Notes: generated by a model from the letters alone, not told the origin. DNA of 64,000 nt from Azolla caroliniana (GCA_043228905.1 JBHGNT010000020.1:7378001-7442000); one strand, 5' to 3'; numbered from the stretch's first letter, positions 48,032 to 60,770 are shown. Program-made: numbers and translations.

Positions 48032-50715
48032 TGGTCCGAGATCCCCGTGGTCCCGCCTCTTCCTACACACACGCGCGTAACAACGCGACACCGGCAAGCA
48101 ACCGCGCGGGCAAGCAACAGAGCCGGTGAGCTGGGGAGCCGGTTAGCCAGATCCAATCGGTAACCGGAAGCCTAGTATTAGTTTAGACTACTAGGAAATT
48201 ATAGTCTCATAGTAAGTGTCAGAAGCTCGTGTGAGCATTGAAGTACGCGATACTTTTGTTAGTCTCATGAGGACTTGTATAAATAGTGCTACTGAGCACA
48301 GTTGTAAGCAATAGAGTGATTATATCGTTTTGAATATAGCTCTTACGTTTTGCTCTCTCTGCCCCTCCCGTGTACTCCTTGTATTCCCTACTTTCTCTGT
48401 TTTCTAACGCTTCCACAAGTAATTGTTAACAATTTCGAAGAAGCAAAGAAAGACACCCACATCCGCAAATGGTTAAGTGCCATGCAAGACGAGATGGATT
48501 CCCTGAATGAGAACCACACATATGAATTGATGGAACTGCCGAAAGGAAAGAGAGCGCTCCCGAACAAGTTCGTGTACAAGCTAAAACCGGGAGATATCAG
48601 AAACCCACCAAGGTACAAAGCCCGGATCGTGGTGAAGGGGTTTCAACAGAAGAAAGGAGTGAATTTCGATGAGATCTTTGCCCCGATTTTCAAGACGGCA
48701 TCCATCCGGACTGTATTGAGCATTGCGGCAAACATGGACCTCGAGGTCGAGTAGCTAGACATCAAGACGGCGATCTTGCACGGTGACCTCGAAGAAGAGA
48801 TCTACATGGAATAGCTAGAGGGATTTGTCAAGAAAGGGAAGGAGCACCTACTATGTCGATTAAAGAAGAGCTTATACAGACTGAAGCAAGCTCCTCGGCA
48901 ATGGTACCAGAAGTTTGACTCCATGACCGACCAGGGATACCAGAAGACACAAGTTGACCATTGTGTATTTGTGAAGAATTTCGACGGTGGAGACTTCCTA
49001 ATAGTCCTGTTGTATGTGGATGACATGTTGATCGTCTGACAGAACCGAATCAAAATCGGGAATCTGAAGAAGGCCTTGAACTGGACCTTCTCAATGAAAG
49101 ATTTGGGTCCGGCAAGACAGATATTGGGGATGCACATAGTACAGGACTGGACGAAGATGCGATTATGGTTGTCATAGGAGAAGTACGTGACGAAGGTGCT
49201 CCAGCGTTTCAACATGACGGATGCGAAGCCGGTCGGGTCGACACTTCCGACAAACTATAGGTTGTCCGGGAAGCAAAGCCCGAAGACAAAGGCAGAGAAG
49301 TCGGAGATCATGAAGATACCATACGCCTCTACCGTCGAAAGCTTGATGTGCGCAATAGTGTGCACCCGGCCGGATATCGGATATGTTGTCGGAGTGGTCA
49401 GCGGGTTCATGAGCAATCCGGAAAGAGATCAGTGGACCGCGGTCAAGTGGATACTCTAGTACCTAAAAGTCACCTCGAGTATGTGCCTCCGATTCGAGTC
49501 AGAAAAAATCCAACTTGAAGGATTCATGGATTCGGACATGTCAGCTGATGTAGATACCAGCCATTCCACGTTCGCATATGTCATGACATATGCGGGGGGA
49601 GCCGTATCATAGCAGTCGAGGCTGCGGAAGTCCGTTGCACTATCGACAACGGAAGTGAAGTACATGGCTGGTAATCTGGATGAAGGACATCATCGGAGAG
49701 CTAGGAATTCGATAGGAGGAATTCCGGCTCCACGGCGTCAGTCAAAGTGCCATCCACCTCACAAAGAACGCGGCCTACCACTCCCGGACGAAGCACATCC
49801 AAAGGAGATATCATTGGCTCTGGGAGAAGGTAGAAGATAAAGAATTCGTGCTGGTGAAGATCCATACGGAGGAGAATGGGTCGGACATGTTGACCAAGGT
49901 GCTACTAGCAAACAAGTTGGATGTGTGCCGTAGACGGATCGGAATGACAAGACATCCCATGCCAGAGTGAACGGGGAGCTTGTTGGGAATTCAGTCCATC
50001 CAGATAGGATCCGGATGACTATCGGAGGAGCCGGACAAGACGGATCCGGTGTGAACCGGATCCAAGGACATATCTGTAAATAGGTTTCTAGTGTGCATAT
50101 CATGGCCATATTTGCAAATAGTCCTAAAGTCATATAAGTATAAATATGACTTAGGGAAATCAATTTAGAAAATAATGGGTGTAGAGATATTGTTGTATAG
50201 ACACACACAGAGAGTGTAAGATACAAAAAGCTTTTCTGTTGTAACTGTCGGTTGGCGAAGACATAGAGCTTGAGGTCATTGCCTCCGAGTCTCATGATGT
50301 TGTACCCCTCTCTATAGTGATTCTATTCGGAGTCTATGGGCTCCCATGGTTTTTCCCGATTAGGGTTTTCCACGTAAACATCTGGTGTCGTATCATCCTG
50401 CGTAAATGCACTAATCGTCTTATTCCTATTTTCATGTTTCTCCTTCCATTGTGAGTTTAAGGCTTGGTTGTGGCCGAGCACTATTTCCTGTCAGTACCAA
50501 GATGCAGATTCATCAAAAACGACATCTCGGCTTACTCGAACCGCTTTTGATCCGGGGTTATAACAATTATAACCCTTTTGTTCATCCGAGTAGCTGATGA
50601 GAATGCACTTTTCGGCTTTTGTGTCTAACTTTCTCCCTTTTTCCTTCGGTACATGCACATATGCAATGCTACCGAACACCTGAAGGTGTACCAAATTCGG
50701 CTTCCACTCGAAATA

Positions 50716-53700
50716 TGTTGCAAAACAGCGCTCGGTCACAAACCGAGGAATAGGATCAACTCACAGAAAACGGGAAATACAGAATGCACGAAGACAATAG
50801 AGAGAAAGGTACACAGGATGTTTTACGTGGAAAACCCTAAATGGGAAAAACCACGGGAGTCCTCAAACTCCAACTATCACTATAAACAGAGATGTACAAT
50901 GGTGAAGCTACAAGGCAACAACCTTGAGCTCACTGTCTTCGCCACAGGCGGCGGTAATACACAGAGGCAACGACCTCTTCGTCTCTCTCTCACTCTCTCT
51001 CTCTCTCTCTCGGCTGCTCACTCTCTCCCTCTCAGTGGAAAACAGAAAAATAAGCAACAACATTAAACTGTTTACCCTAAGTCATATTTATACACATATG
51101 ACTTTCGGGCTATTTACAAATATAGCCTCAAGGGCCCTTGGCAAACATATTCACAAATATGTCCCCGCATCCGGATCTCTCTCCGGGTACATTCGTCATC
51201 CGGCTCCGTAGCCGGGGTCTTCATCATCCGGATCCGTAGCCGGGTACTCTTCATCCGGCTTCATGCCGGGTACTCTTCATCCGGCTCCGTAGCCGGGGTC
51301 TTCATCATCCGGATCCGTAGCCGGGTACTCTTCATCCGGCTTCATGCCGGGTACTCTTCATCCGGCTTCATGCCGGGTACTCTTCATCATCCGGTTCCGT
51401 AACCGCAACCGGGCTTGCCGTCATTCATCTCTGGACATCCCATCCGGAGGGACCGAAATCCCAACAAACTCCCCCTTCACTTCGGCATGGGATGTCTTTC
51501 CAGTCCGATCCTCTTCCGGCATGCTTCCAGCTTGTCGGGTGTGAGCACCTTGGTCAGCATATCCGACCCGTTCTCGTCCGTGTGGATCTTCGTCAGCACG
51601 AACTCCTGGTCTTCTATCCTTTCCCCGATCCAGTGATATCTTCGCTGGATGTGCTTCGTCCGGGAGTGATAGGCCGCGTTCTTCGCAAGGTGGATGGCAC
51701 TCTGACTGTCGCAGTAGAGTCGGTACTCCTCCTGCCGGATACCGAGCTCTCTAATGAAGTCCTTCATCCATATTATTTCCTTGCTGGCTTCAACAGCCGC
51801 CATGTACTCCGCCTCCGTGGTTGACAACGCAACCGTCTTCTGCAGCCTTGACTGCCACGAAACAGCTCCCCCTGCATACGTCATCACATACCCTGATGTG
51901 GACCGGCTGGTATCTGCATCAGCCGACATATCCGAATCGGTAAAGCCGTCGAGTTCGGGCTTACCGGAGCCGAATCGGAGGCACACGTTTGCCGTGCCCT
52001 TCAGGTATCGGAGTATCCACTTGACCGCGTTCCAGTGCTCTTTGCCGGGATTGCTCATGTACCGGCTCACCACTCCGACTACATATCCTATGTCCGGTCT
52101 TGTACACACCATTGCGTACATCAAGCTTCCGACGGCAGAGGCATATGGTACTTTCATCATGTCCTCCTTCTCAGCCTTTGTCTTGGGGCTTTGCCTGCTG
52201 GACAACTTGCAGTTTGCCGGGAGGGTTGACCCGACCGGTCTTGCTTCCGACATGTTGAACCGGTGAAGCACCTTTGTCACGTACTTCTCCTGTGACAGCC
52301 ACAACTGCTTCCTCTTCCGGTTCCGGATGATGTGCATCCCTAGTATTTGCCTCGCCGGACCCAGGTCCTTCATTGAGAAAGTTCGGTGAAGCGCTTTCTT
52401 GAGCATCCGTATCTTGGTCTGGTCCCGTCCGACGATCAACATGTCGTCCACGTACAGGAGGAGTATTAGAAAGTCTCCTCCTTCGAACTTCTTCACAAAC
52501 ACGCAGTGATCGGACTGCGTTTTGTGGTAGCCTTCGTCGGTCATGAAAGAGTCGAATTTCCGGTACCATTGCCGGGGAGCCTGCTTCAGTCCGTAAAGGC
52601 TCTTCTTCAACCGGCATACCAGGTGCTCCTTCCCTTTCTTCTCGAATCCTTCCGGTTGCTGCATGTAGATCTCTTCTTCGAGGTCACCGTGAAGGAATGC
52701 CGTCTTCACGTCCATCTGTTCTACCTCGAGGTCCACGCTTGCCGCTATGCTCAGCACCGTCCGGATGGAGGTCATCTTCACTACCGGGGCAAATATCTCA
52801 TCGAAGTCGACGCCCTTCTTCTGCTGGAACCCCTTCACTACGATCCTGGCTTTGTATCTCGGGGGGTTTCCGACATCTCCCGGTTTCAGCTTGAACACCC
52901 ACTTGTTTCGAAGTGCCCGCTTTCCTTTCGGCAACTCCACAAGTTCATATGTGTGGTTCTCATGCAGGGAATCCATCTCCTCCTGCATGGCACTTAACCA
53001 CCTACGGCTATGGGTGTCAAGTTTTGCTTCTTCAAAGCTCTCCGGCTCCCCCTCGTCGGTTAGCAGCACGTGCTCTGGTTCCGGAAATCTCCGGGGGGCC
53101 CTTCTCTCTCTTAGAGGATATCTCCGTTCCGGAGCTTCGGTAACCGGCTCCTCCGTTTCCTCTTCATCCGAATCCATTTCGGGATCGGGGCCGGTTCCGG
53201 TATCAGTTTCATCTTCCTCGGCCGGTTCTGTTTTTTCACCGTCTTCGGCCGGATCCTCGAGTGCTAACCGGTCCCTTGCCGGTCGGGACTGCTCTTCGTA
53301 GAGTTGATCCTCACCGGTCGACTTGGAGCTCTTCATCTTCTTCTCCGACTCCCAGTCGGCGAGTGTCTTGTCCTCCATGAAGATGATATCTCGACTCCTG
53401 AATATCTTCTTGTCGACCGGGTCCCATACTCGGTAGCCGAACTCGTCGTTGCCGTAACCGAGGAATATGCATGGCCGGGTCTTTGGATCTAACTTTCCTC
53501 TCCAGTCCTTTGCCACATGCACGTATGCGAGACACCCGAACACCTTCAGATGCCGGTAGGACACTTCCTTACCGGTCCACACTTTCTGCGGCGTGTCTCC
53601 GTCCAAAGGTACTGAGGGTGATCTATTTATCACATACGTCGTCGTCGACATTGCCTCAGCCCAAAATCCCTTGGGTAATTTCGCATGTGCTAGCATACTC

Positions 53701-56388
53701 CGGACCCTCTCCATTATGGTCCGGTTCATCCTCTCGGCCAGCCCGTTCAGTTCCGGCGTCTTCGGCACAGTAAACTCGAGCCGGATTCCCTTCGAGCGAC
53801 AGTACTCTGCGAACTGCCCCCGGTATTCCCCTCCGTTATCCGCTCGTATCGCTTTCAGCTTCTTGCCGGATTCTCTTTCCACTCTCGCGTGGAGTTCTTT
53901 GAAGACGGACAATACTTGGTCCTTTGTCTTCAACGGTGCCGTCCACAGCTTCCGGCTATGGTCATCTATGAATGTTACGAAGTACTGAGCTCCGCCATGT
54001 GACTTCGCTTCTACTTGACACACATCAGTGTGCACCAACTCCAATGGTGCGCTACGTCTCGTCGGTGGCCTTGAGTGGAAGGAGGTCCGGTTTTGCTTAC
54101 CGGCCAGACAGTCGGTACACTTCCCCAGGTGTACGTGCTTTACCGGTATCAGGTTGTCATCGGCAAGCCTCTTCATCCCCTTCTCACTCATGTGGCACAG
54201 TCTCTTGTGCCACAGCTCACCGGCAGTGTCGGCTGCCACGTTCAGCTCCTCCGGACATAGCCGGGAATTCATCAGGTACAGTGTATTGACCTTCCGGGCC
54301 CGAGCCACTATCAGGCTCCCTTTGCTGAACTTCATGACACCGTTCCGGATGCTACCCGTGTAGCCTTCGTCGTCTAGCCTCCCGGCCGAGATCAGGTTCA
54401 ATCGGACCTCCGGAACGTGTCGAACATCCTTCAGCAGCATCTTGCATCCGGTTGATGTCATCAGCCACACGTCTCCTATGCCGGCAATCCGGCATGTGCC
54501 TTCATTTCCCATCCGGACACAGCCGTGCTCACCGGCTGTGTAGGATGAGAAGTATTTCTTCTCCGGGGTCAGGTGGAACGACGCTCCGGAATCGACCACC
54601 CAGGTCATCTCTACACCGGCAAGGTTCAACTCCCTCTCTTCGGTAATGAGCATTATCTCTTCTTCACTTGCCGCGAGTGCCGTCGTTCCTTTCCGGTCCT
54701 GCCCTCGCCGATCCGGACCTCTCTGGTCCGTGGCTCCCCGGTATGCACCGTTTCTCTCCGGTGACTTCTTCGAATCGGTGTCGTCGGCTCCGTTGTCCTT
54801 TCGGTAATGCCGACAATTCTTCCGGAAGTGCCCCGGCTTCCCACAGTGGAAGCATGTGGGCCTTCCTCTTGACTGCGACCGGGTCCCCGACTTCTCCCGT
54901 CTTTGCGGACTCCGGTTCCATTGTCTTCCCCGATCCGATTCGGTAAGCAGCATCTTCGGATCGGAAACCGGTTCTTTATCTCTCCGACGCGCTTCTTCGT
55001 TCAAAATGCTTGTCTTTACCGTTTGTAGAGACAAGTTATCTTCGGTGCAGGAGGTGCTGAGAGTCACCACCAAGTTCTCCCAGCTTTCCGGCAATGTACA
55101 CATCAGAATGATGGCTTGCATTGCATCCTCCAACGGGAACTTGATCGCCGCAAGCTGGTTCACGAATCCCATGAACGTGCTCACGTGTTCCACCATATTC
55201 TCGCCGTCCCGGTACTTGAGGTTCACTATCTTCCTCATCAGGGAGGTCCGGTTCAACGCATTCTTCCTCTCGTAGAGGCCCGACAGCTTCTTCCACATCT
55301 CATATGCGTTGGTGTCGTTCGCCACATGTTGTAGAACGCTTACATCGACATATTGCCGGATCGTCGCTACGGCTTTCCGGTTCAGGAGCTTCCACTCCGA
55401 CTCTATTACCCCCTTGGGTATCTCGGCATTGTCGATCGGTTCATACAGGTCTCGGACGATGAGAAGGTCTTCCATCTTTATCTTCCAGTCGGCGTAGTTC
55501 TGTGAGTTCAACACCATCATGCCCGGAGGCCCACTACCGCCGCCTTCCATTTTCTGTGTTAACCTTCGCTCTGATACCACTTTGTTGCAAAACAGCGCTC
55601 GGTCACAAACCGAGGAATAGGATCAACTCACAGAAAACGGGAAATACAGAATGCACGAAGACAATAGAGAGAAAGGTACACAGGATGTTTTACGTGGAAA
55701 ACCCTAAATGGGAAAAACCACGGGAGTCCTCAAACTCCAACTATCACTATAAACAGAGATGTACAATGGTGAAGCTACAAGGCAACAACCTTGAGCTCAC
55801 TGTCTTCGCCATAGGCGGCGGTAATACACAGAGGCAACGACCTCTTCGTCTCTCTCTCACTCTCTCTCTCTCTCTCTCGGCTGCTCACTCTCTCCCTCTC
55901 AGTGGAAAACAGAAAAATAAGCAACAACATTAAACTGTTTGCCCTAAGTCATATTTATACACATATGACTTTCGGGCTATTTACAAATATAGCCTCAAGG
56001 GCCCTTGGCATACATATTCACAAATATGTCCCCGCATCCGGATCTCTCTCCGGGTACATTCGTCATCCGGCTCCGTAGCCGGGGTCTTCATCATCCGGAT
56101 CCGTAGCCGGGTACTCTTCATCCGGCTTCATGCCGGGTACTCTTCATCCGGCTCCGTAGCCGGGGTCTTCATCATCCGGATCCGTAGCCGGGTACTCTTC
56201 ATCCGGCTTCATGCCGGGTACTCTTCATCCGGCTCCGTAGCCGGGGTCTTCATCATCCGGATCCGTAGCCGGGTACTCTTCATCCGGCTTCATGCCGGGT
56301 ACTCTTCATCATCCGGTTCCGTAACCGCAACCGGGCTTGCCGTCATTCATCTCTGGACATCCCATCCAGAGGGACCGAAATCCCAACA
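50716..56388 (-). mobile_element. Young intact Ty1/copia: 5' LTR 55583-56388, PBS 55568-55579, PPT 51469-51480, 3' LTR 50716-51466
   Basis: Perfect TSD AAATA at 50711-50715 and 56389-56393. The LTRs differ by about four substitutions and a 55-bp indel. Confidence 0.97.
51477..55550 (-). CDS. Intact copia gag-pol polyprotein, 1357 aa from the first ATG
   Basis: Uninterrupted ORF with CCHC, WVVDSGAS, INT, RT (YVDD) and RH. Its stop codon lies within the PPT. Confidence 0.96.
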   Translation of the reverse strand: MEGGGSGPPGMMVLNSQNYADWKIKMEDLLIVRDLYEPIDNAEIPKGVIESEWKLLNRKAVATIRQYVDVSVLQHVANDTNAYEMWKKLSGLYERKNALNRTSLMRKIVNLKYRDGENMVEHVSTFMGFVNQLAAIKFPLEDAMQAIILMCTLPESWENLVVTLSTSCTEDNLSLQTVKTSILNEEARRRDKEPVSDPKMLLTESDRGRQWNRSPQRREKSGTRSQSRGRPTCFHCGKPGHFRKNCRHYRKDNGADDTDSKKSPERNGAYRGATDQRGPDRRGQDRKGTTALAASEEEIMLITEERELNLAGVEMTWVVDSGASFHLTPEKKYFSSYTAGEHGCVRMGNEGTCRIAGIGDVWLMTSTGCKMLLKDVRHVPEVRLNLISAGRLDDEGYTGSIRNGVMKFSKGSLIVARARKVNTLYLMNSRLCPEELNVAADTAGELWHKRLCHMSEKGMKRLADDNLIPVKHVHLGKCTDCLAGKQNRTSFHSRPPTRRSAPLELVHTDVCQVEAKSHGGAQYFVTFIDDHSRKLWTAPLKTKDQVLSVFKELHARVERESGKKLKAIRADNGGEYRGQFAEYCRSKGIRLEFTVPKTPELNGLAERMNRTIMERVRSMLAHAKLPKGFWAEAMSTTTYVINRSPSVPLDGDTPQKVWTGKEVSYRHLKVFGCLAYVHVAKDWRGKLDPKTRPCIFLGYGNDEFGYRVWDPVDKKIFRSRDIIFMEDKTLADWESEKKMKSSKSTGEDQLYEEQSRPARDRLALEDPAEDGEKTEPAEEDETDTGTGPDPEMDSDEEETEEPVTEAPERRYPLRERRAPRRFPEPEHVLLTDEGEPESFEEAKLDTHSRRWLSAMQEEMDSLHENHTYELVELPKGKRALRNKWVFKLKPGDVGNPPRYKARIVVKGFQQKKGVDFDEIFAPVVKMTSIRTVLSIAASVDLEVEQMDVKTAFLHGDLEEEIYMQQPEGFEKKGKEHLVCRLKKSLYGLKQAPRQWYRKFDSFMTDEGYHKTQSDHCVFVKKFEGGDFLILLLYVDDMLIVGRDQTKIRMLKKALHRTFSMKDLGPARQILGMHIIRNRKRKQLWLSQEKYVTKVLHRFNMSEARPVGSTLPANCKLSSRQSPKTKAEKEDMMKVPYASAVGSLMYAMVCTRPDIGYVVGVVSRYMSNPGKEHWNAVKWILRYLKGTANVCLRFGSGKPELDGFTDSDMSADADTSRSTSGYVMTYAGGAVSWQSRLQKTVALSTTEAEYMAAVEASKEIIWMKDFIRELGIRQEEYRLYCDSQSAIHLAKNAAYHSRTKHIQRRYHWIGERIEDQEFVLTKIHTDENGSDMLTKVLTPDKLEACRKRIGLERHPMPK

Positions 56389-59264
56389 AAATAGAGTTCG
56401 TGCGGCGACACCTTTATCCCAGAGGCAGATATCCGATTTTGTATATAGACGGCTGTCTGAATTGCTTCGGCCCAATAAAACTTGGGCATGCTTTTGTCCT
56501 CAAGCATCGCCCTTGCCACTTCTATCAGCGTCCTGTTCCGACGCTCGGCCACACCATTTTGCTCCGTTGTGTATCTGCAAGAGAATTCCTGTCGGATTCC
56601 CTTCGCCTGCAGATAGCTTGTGAACGGGCCAGAAAAGTACTCTTTTCCGCCATCCGATCTCAGACACTTGATCTTTCTTCTTGTCTCGCGTTTAACAAGG
56701 TACTTCAAATCCCGGAACCACGAGAAGACTTCACTTTTCTTCTCAATTAGATAGATCCAACTGTGTTGGGTGAAATCATTGATAAAGGAGACGAAATACC
56801 GACTCCCACCAATGCTCACGTTTTGTGCTAGTCCCCACACATCTGAATGGATGAGATCAAGCTGATTTTGGATCCGATTCTTCTCATTGGGGGATGGAAG
56901 CCTATGGTGCTTCCTGAGTTAGCACGCTTCATAGATTTGGCCTTTCCGGCCACTGAACTTTGGTAGTCCGGAAACCACAGGTTTTGACTGCAGCTCGTGA
57001 AGCTTCCGGAAGTTGATGTGGCCGATCCTCTTGTGCCACAGGTCGATGTCTGACTCAACTTTCTGTCCTTTTGCAAACATAGCGGTGCCAATATCATTCG
57101 TTTCGAGGATAAACATCCTCCCGTCTTGTCACCCTTGCACAATAGGTTTGCCCTCTTCTTCAGTGAAACACCCGAGGTGAGTGAAAGGAAACCTACATCT
57201 CTTGATCGACAATCTGTCTGACTGATACGAGATTCTTTGTGATTGTCGAGATGTGCAGGACATTCATCAGCTTTCCCATCTGCCCAACATGGCTGAGAGG
57301 GACCTCACTGATGTGCTCGATGGTATGAGGAGTGTCGTCTCCCGTTTTGACAACTCCCGGTTGCTCCAGTTTTTCCAAGAATGAAAACCATGATTCGTGG
57401 CTCGTCATATGGTTTGACGCTCCGGAGTCAACATATCACACTTCCTTCAAACCAAAGGTGGTCTTCTTCATCGAATTAGCCTTGTGTTTCATGACAAAGG
57501 TTGGGCATGTTCCATTTCCGGAATCGGAGTTTTCCAATTCCTCGGCATAGTACGAACTTGGTAGGCTTCTTCGACAGGCCTGGCCGGATCCAGATATGTC
57601 TGAATCGGCGTGCTTCTTCTAGCATTCACTCTCTCTATGGCCCTTCTGGCCACAATACCAACAGTCCGTCATGGTTTTCTCTCGCCAGCTCTCGGCACCG
57701 CCTTGACTCCCCCTACTTGTGGAGGGTCTGGAACTGTTGTTGGCATCATCCTTGTGCCTTCGGTTCTGCTCTTGTTGGCCGCTTCCACCACGTGCCGATC
57801 CGCCCCGTCCGCCACGACCACGGGGCCTCTCCACCTCTGTGTACCGCATCTTGTTGGCAGTTTGCGTACTTCTTCACACACCCACGTGGTTCTCCTCAAC
57901 TAGGAGCATCGACTGTAGGTTGAAAAACGAGGGGGTATTCTCCCTTGTACATACTATCGTTTGGAATGCTCCGAACTTCGACGCCAAGCCCCCAAGACAG
58001 ACCTACACCATTTGATCTTCCTCAACGGTCACGTTAATAGAGGCAAGTGGGTCGTAGATGTCTTTGATTCGAGCCATGTAGTCGGCCACCGACATGTCCC
58101 TCTATCGGACATTGCTCAACTCCTGTCGGAGTTGCAGCTTCTGGGTTGTGGTGCTTGCGGCGAAAACCTTCTTCAGGTTTCCCCAAGTTTCCTTCAACGT
58201 CTAGGTGTCCCGGATATGGCTCAGCAACTTATCTCTGACACTGGAGGCAAAACAATACATAACTCTACTTACCGCTTGTTCCCAAGTTGGGAAGTCCTTG
58301 TGTGCCGCATCAGGTGTCGTATCGTTGGCTCTGTCGACATAACTCCAGTAACCATGCCCAAGCAAGTACTGGTGCATCTTGTACGACCAAGATGCATAGT
58401 TGGATCTGTCAAGCTTCCCCATCGGGAGCAAGCTAGCCATTCTTTGATCCATATTTTTCTTCTATTTGTGCTTTACCGGGTGTTAGGATTTGTCTTTAGA
58501 AAACTCTTATCGACTGCAGAGGTTCTCAACCCTCACACTCTGATACCATGTAAAAGAATACAATTGCGAAAGCTAAGAAAAAACCGGCTCGTCCGGATGG
58601 CTAAAGAATGCATGCACAAGTTTAATGGAAACCTTACACTAGAGAGACAGAGTTAGAGTAGAACACAGAAATGTGTATATCCCAACAAAACACTAAAACA
58701 CTCTCTATACATACAATTTGCTCAGTGAGAACTTTTATACACGTCCTTAAGAGGACTAGCAGAAGTATTGACATGTACTTCAATGCTCATGCAAGCGACT
58801 GACACTAACTCCAAGAAATATGTCTACATACTAGGCTAGGATTGTAGGCCTCTAACAGCATACCGGTTACAATCCAATCTGGCTCTTGCTTATACATCCG
58901 ATCCGGATCTGGTTGAGCTTGTCCGCTTAACAAGTGAAAAAAAAGGGGGGGGGGCACCAAGTTAAGTATTTAAAGAGCATGCATGAAGAACAAGAAAATC
59001 AAGTACAAACCATTCCCGACATGTGGGCTTAAAACCTAATAATGGCAGGAAAGATTCTGAATCGGGCTACGGCTCGGGAAACGAAGCATTTACAAAAAAC
59101 GGGGCACCACATGCAAAGAACTCACATACGCACAGAAGCCTACTGCGCACATAGCCCTCAAACTCTCTCTCTAAGCTCTTCGCTCTCTCGCCCCCCTACA
59201 CAAAATCTCTCACTCTCTACCTTCCTCGCACTCAACCAAGCCAAAGTTGCCGCTCGAAATCACC

Positions 59265-60770
59265 ATGGAGCTCTGCACCTGGCTAAGTAGGCACAGCCTG
59301 GGTGGTTACCTGAAAGTGGCAGATGCAACGGCCCATCCCGAAGCATAGGAAATCGGCATGCGAGTGCATCTGGACACTATCACCAATGACCAGATTCGGT
59401 CTGTGTTGGGTCTAAAACGCGGCAGCCCATTTCGGGGAATATTCGGTGTCGGCAAAAGCCTATAGAACGCGAGGGCCAAGCGAGTTTTTCGGCGACCTGG
59501 CCAAGGCATGCTCGATTGGGGGTTCATCACCGGGGAAGGGGTCTAAGCCAGTCTTTCAGCTTTTCAAGCAGGCAAGAAGTTAATCCTTGCCTTAGCACAC
59601 TACCTATTTGTGCTTTACCCACCCCATTCCGCGATCGCCCCCGACGAAACCTCGCCCTCCTTGCCCCGCCTACCCAAACCAAGGAACAACAGGCTTTACA
59701 GTTTGCCCAGGAAGAATGGCAGGATGTCATTCTTGCACAGACTCTGACATCACCAGAGCCGGCACAAGCTACTAAGGCACAGGAATCAGCAGAAGATATC
59801 ACCATCCGAGGGCGCGAAAATCCCAAACCATCAGTCCCGGTGGAGAAGCCCCAGCCAACCTTGCAAAGCCCTCGACGAGAACTCCAGGAGGAGACCCAGA
59901 AATCCTCTGTCGAAAACAAGCAATAACCCTCGGGTGATCGGCTAAACGGCCAAGAGAGGATTCCTCTGATGCACAGAAGGCTACCAGACGTAGCGAGGAT
60001 AAAGAAAGGGACCACTCCTCAACAAACACACTACAAATGTTCATCGCTCTGGCCAAAACCATGGCCACCGTCCCTAACAAGGCTCTGTCCTTGACAAGCA
60101 ATTTAGAAAAGGGCCATGTGTCCCGAATCTCGGAGGACGAAGTGTTGGCCTATATGAACCTGTCGGCCAAAACTTATGAGCTCGGTGCGATTTTGCGGCA
60201 TGGCACTTCACACGAGTTCGTAGATTTCCTCGCTCGACTCCAAGTTGTAGCCATGGCACGCCTGGCAGACGAACATGCAGAGAAGCAGATGATCCAGCGA
60301 GCTCTCGCAGGAGAACTCAAGTCAGACGAAGAGCCGGCGTTGCAGAAAATCGGCCGAAAACGTCAAAACAAAAGCAATCGCCTCCTCATCAAGTTTCCCG
60401 AGCTAAACACATCCATGGTCGAAGCCTTTCAGGAATTGGACAAAACAACCCGCGCAACCAAGGATATGGCTAAATGTAAGAAAGAGGCGTGCAAGCAAGC
60501 CAAGACGACGATCCAGCTATGGCAAGCTTCGGAAAACCGAATAGCTGAGCTTGAACGGAAGCTCCCATTTCAGTCAACCGCTATACAAAACGCCAACTCT
60601 TGACTATCCGAAACGAGCACACCGAACTACAGCAACACTTCGGTAGACATCACCAACTACTACACGAGTTGGAGAGCGAAAAGTACTCGTTCGAAGAATC
60701 CCTCCACGAGCTGCAGACCACGACGTAACAAGACCTGGCACGGTACACGTAAGAGATGGAAGAAGAACCA
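59265..60770 (+). pseudogene. Degenerate homolog of the extra ORF, belonging to the old gypsy at 17875-20249
   Basis: WLSRHSLGGYLKVADATAHPEA..ITNDQIRSVLGLKRG aligns without gaps to WFRQNGLEGFLAIMEAPPHREA..ITEEAIRALTGLPEG. The C-terminal part is coiled-coil-like. Confidence 0.7.

Larger units (their letters stand above)
22028..48090 (+). mobile_element. Trp-PBS gypsy element with LTRs 22028-22674 and 47416-48090, PBS 22679-22695, and three nested insertions
   Basis: Matching LTRs TGTCGTGAAG..CGCGACA with 4-bp flanks CCGG/CCGG. gag and pol resume across each insertion. Confidence 0.93.
21935..48431 (+). mobile_element. Solo LTR (21935-22027 plus 48091-48431) split by the Trp gypsy
   Basis: It starts TGTTGAGCGGCAAGTTCAAC, like the LTR at 61021, and ends TTAACA. 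The flanks GTTTC/ATTTC form a TSD with one mismatch. Confidence 0.7.
21310..50493 (+). mobile_element. Degenerate Ty1/copia (family of 51477), split into 21310-21934 and 48432-49980, with 3' LTR 49981 to about 50493
   Basis: LTDEGEPESF at 21934 resumes as EEAKKDTH at 48437. RT and RH motifs carry stops. A PPT GAGTGAACGGGGAG precedes TGTTGGGAAT. Confidence 0.85.
20250..58932 (-). mobile_element. Old Ty1/copia element expanded to about 38.7 kb by nested insertions: 5' LTR 58549-58932, PBS 58538-58548, gag-int 56394-58440 plus 50494-50715, RH end 20980-21300, 3' LTR from 20250
   Basis: Both LTRs begin TGTAAAAGAATAC on plus and align with indels. The identical 5-bp flank AGTGA occurs at 20245-20249 and 58933-58937. 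Confidence 0.75.
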
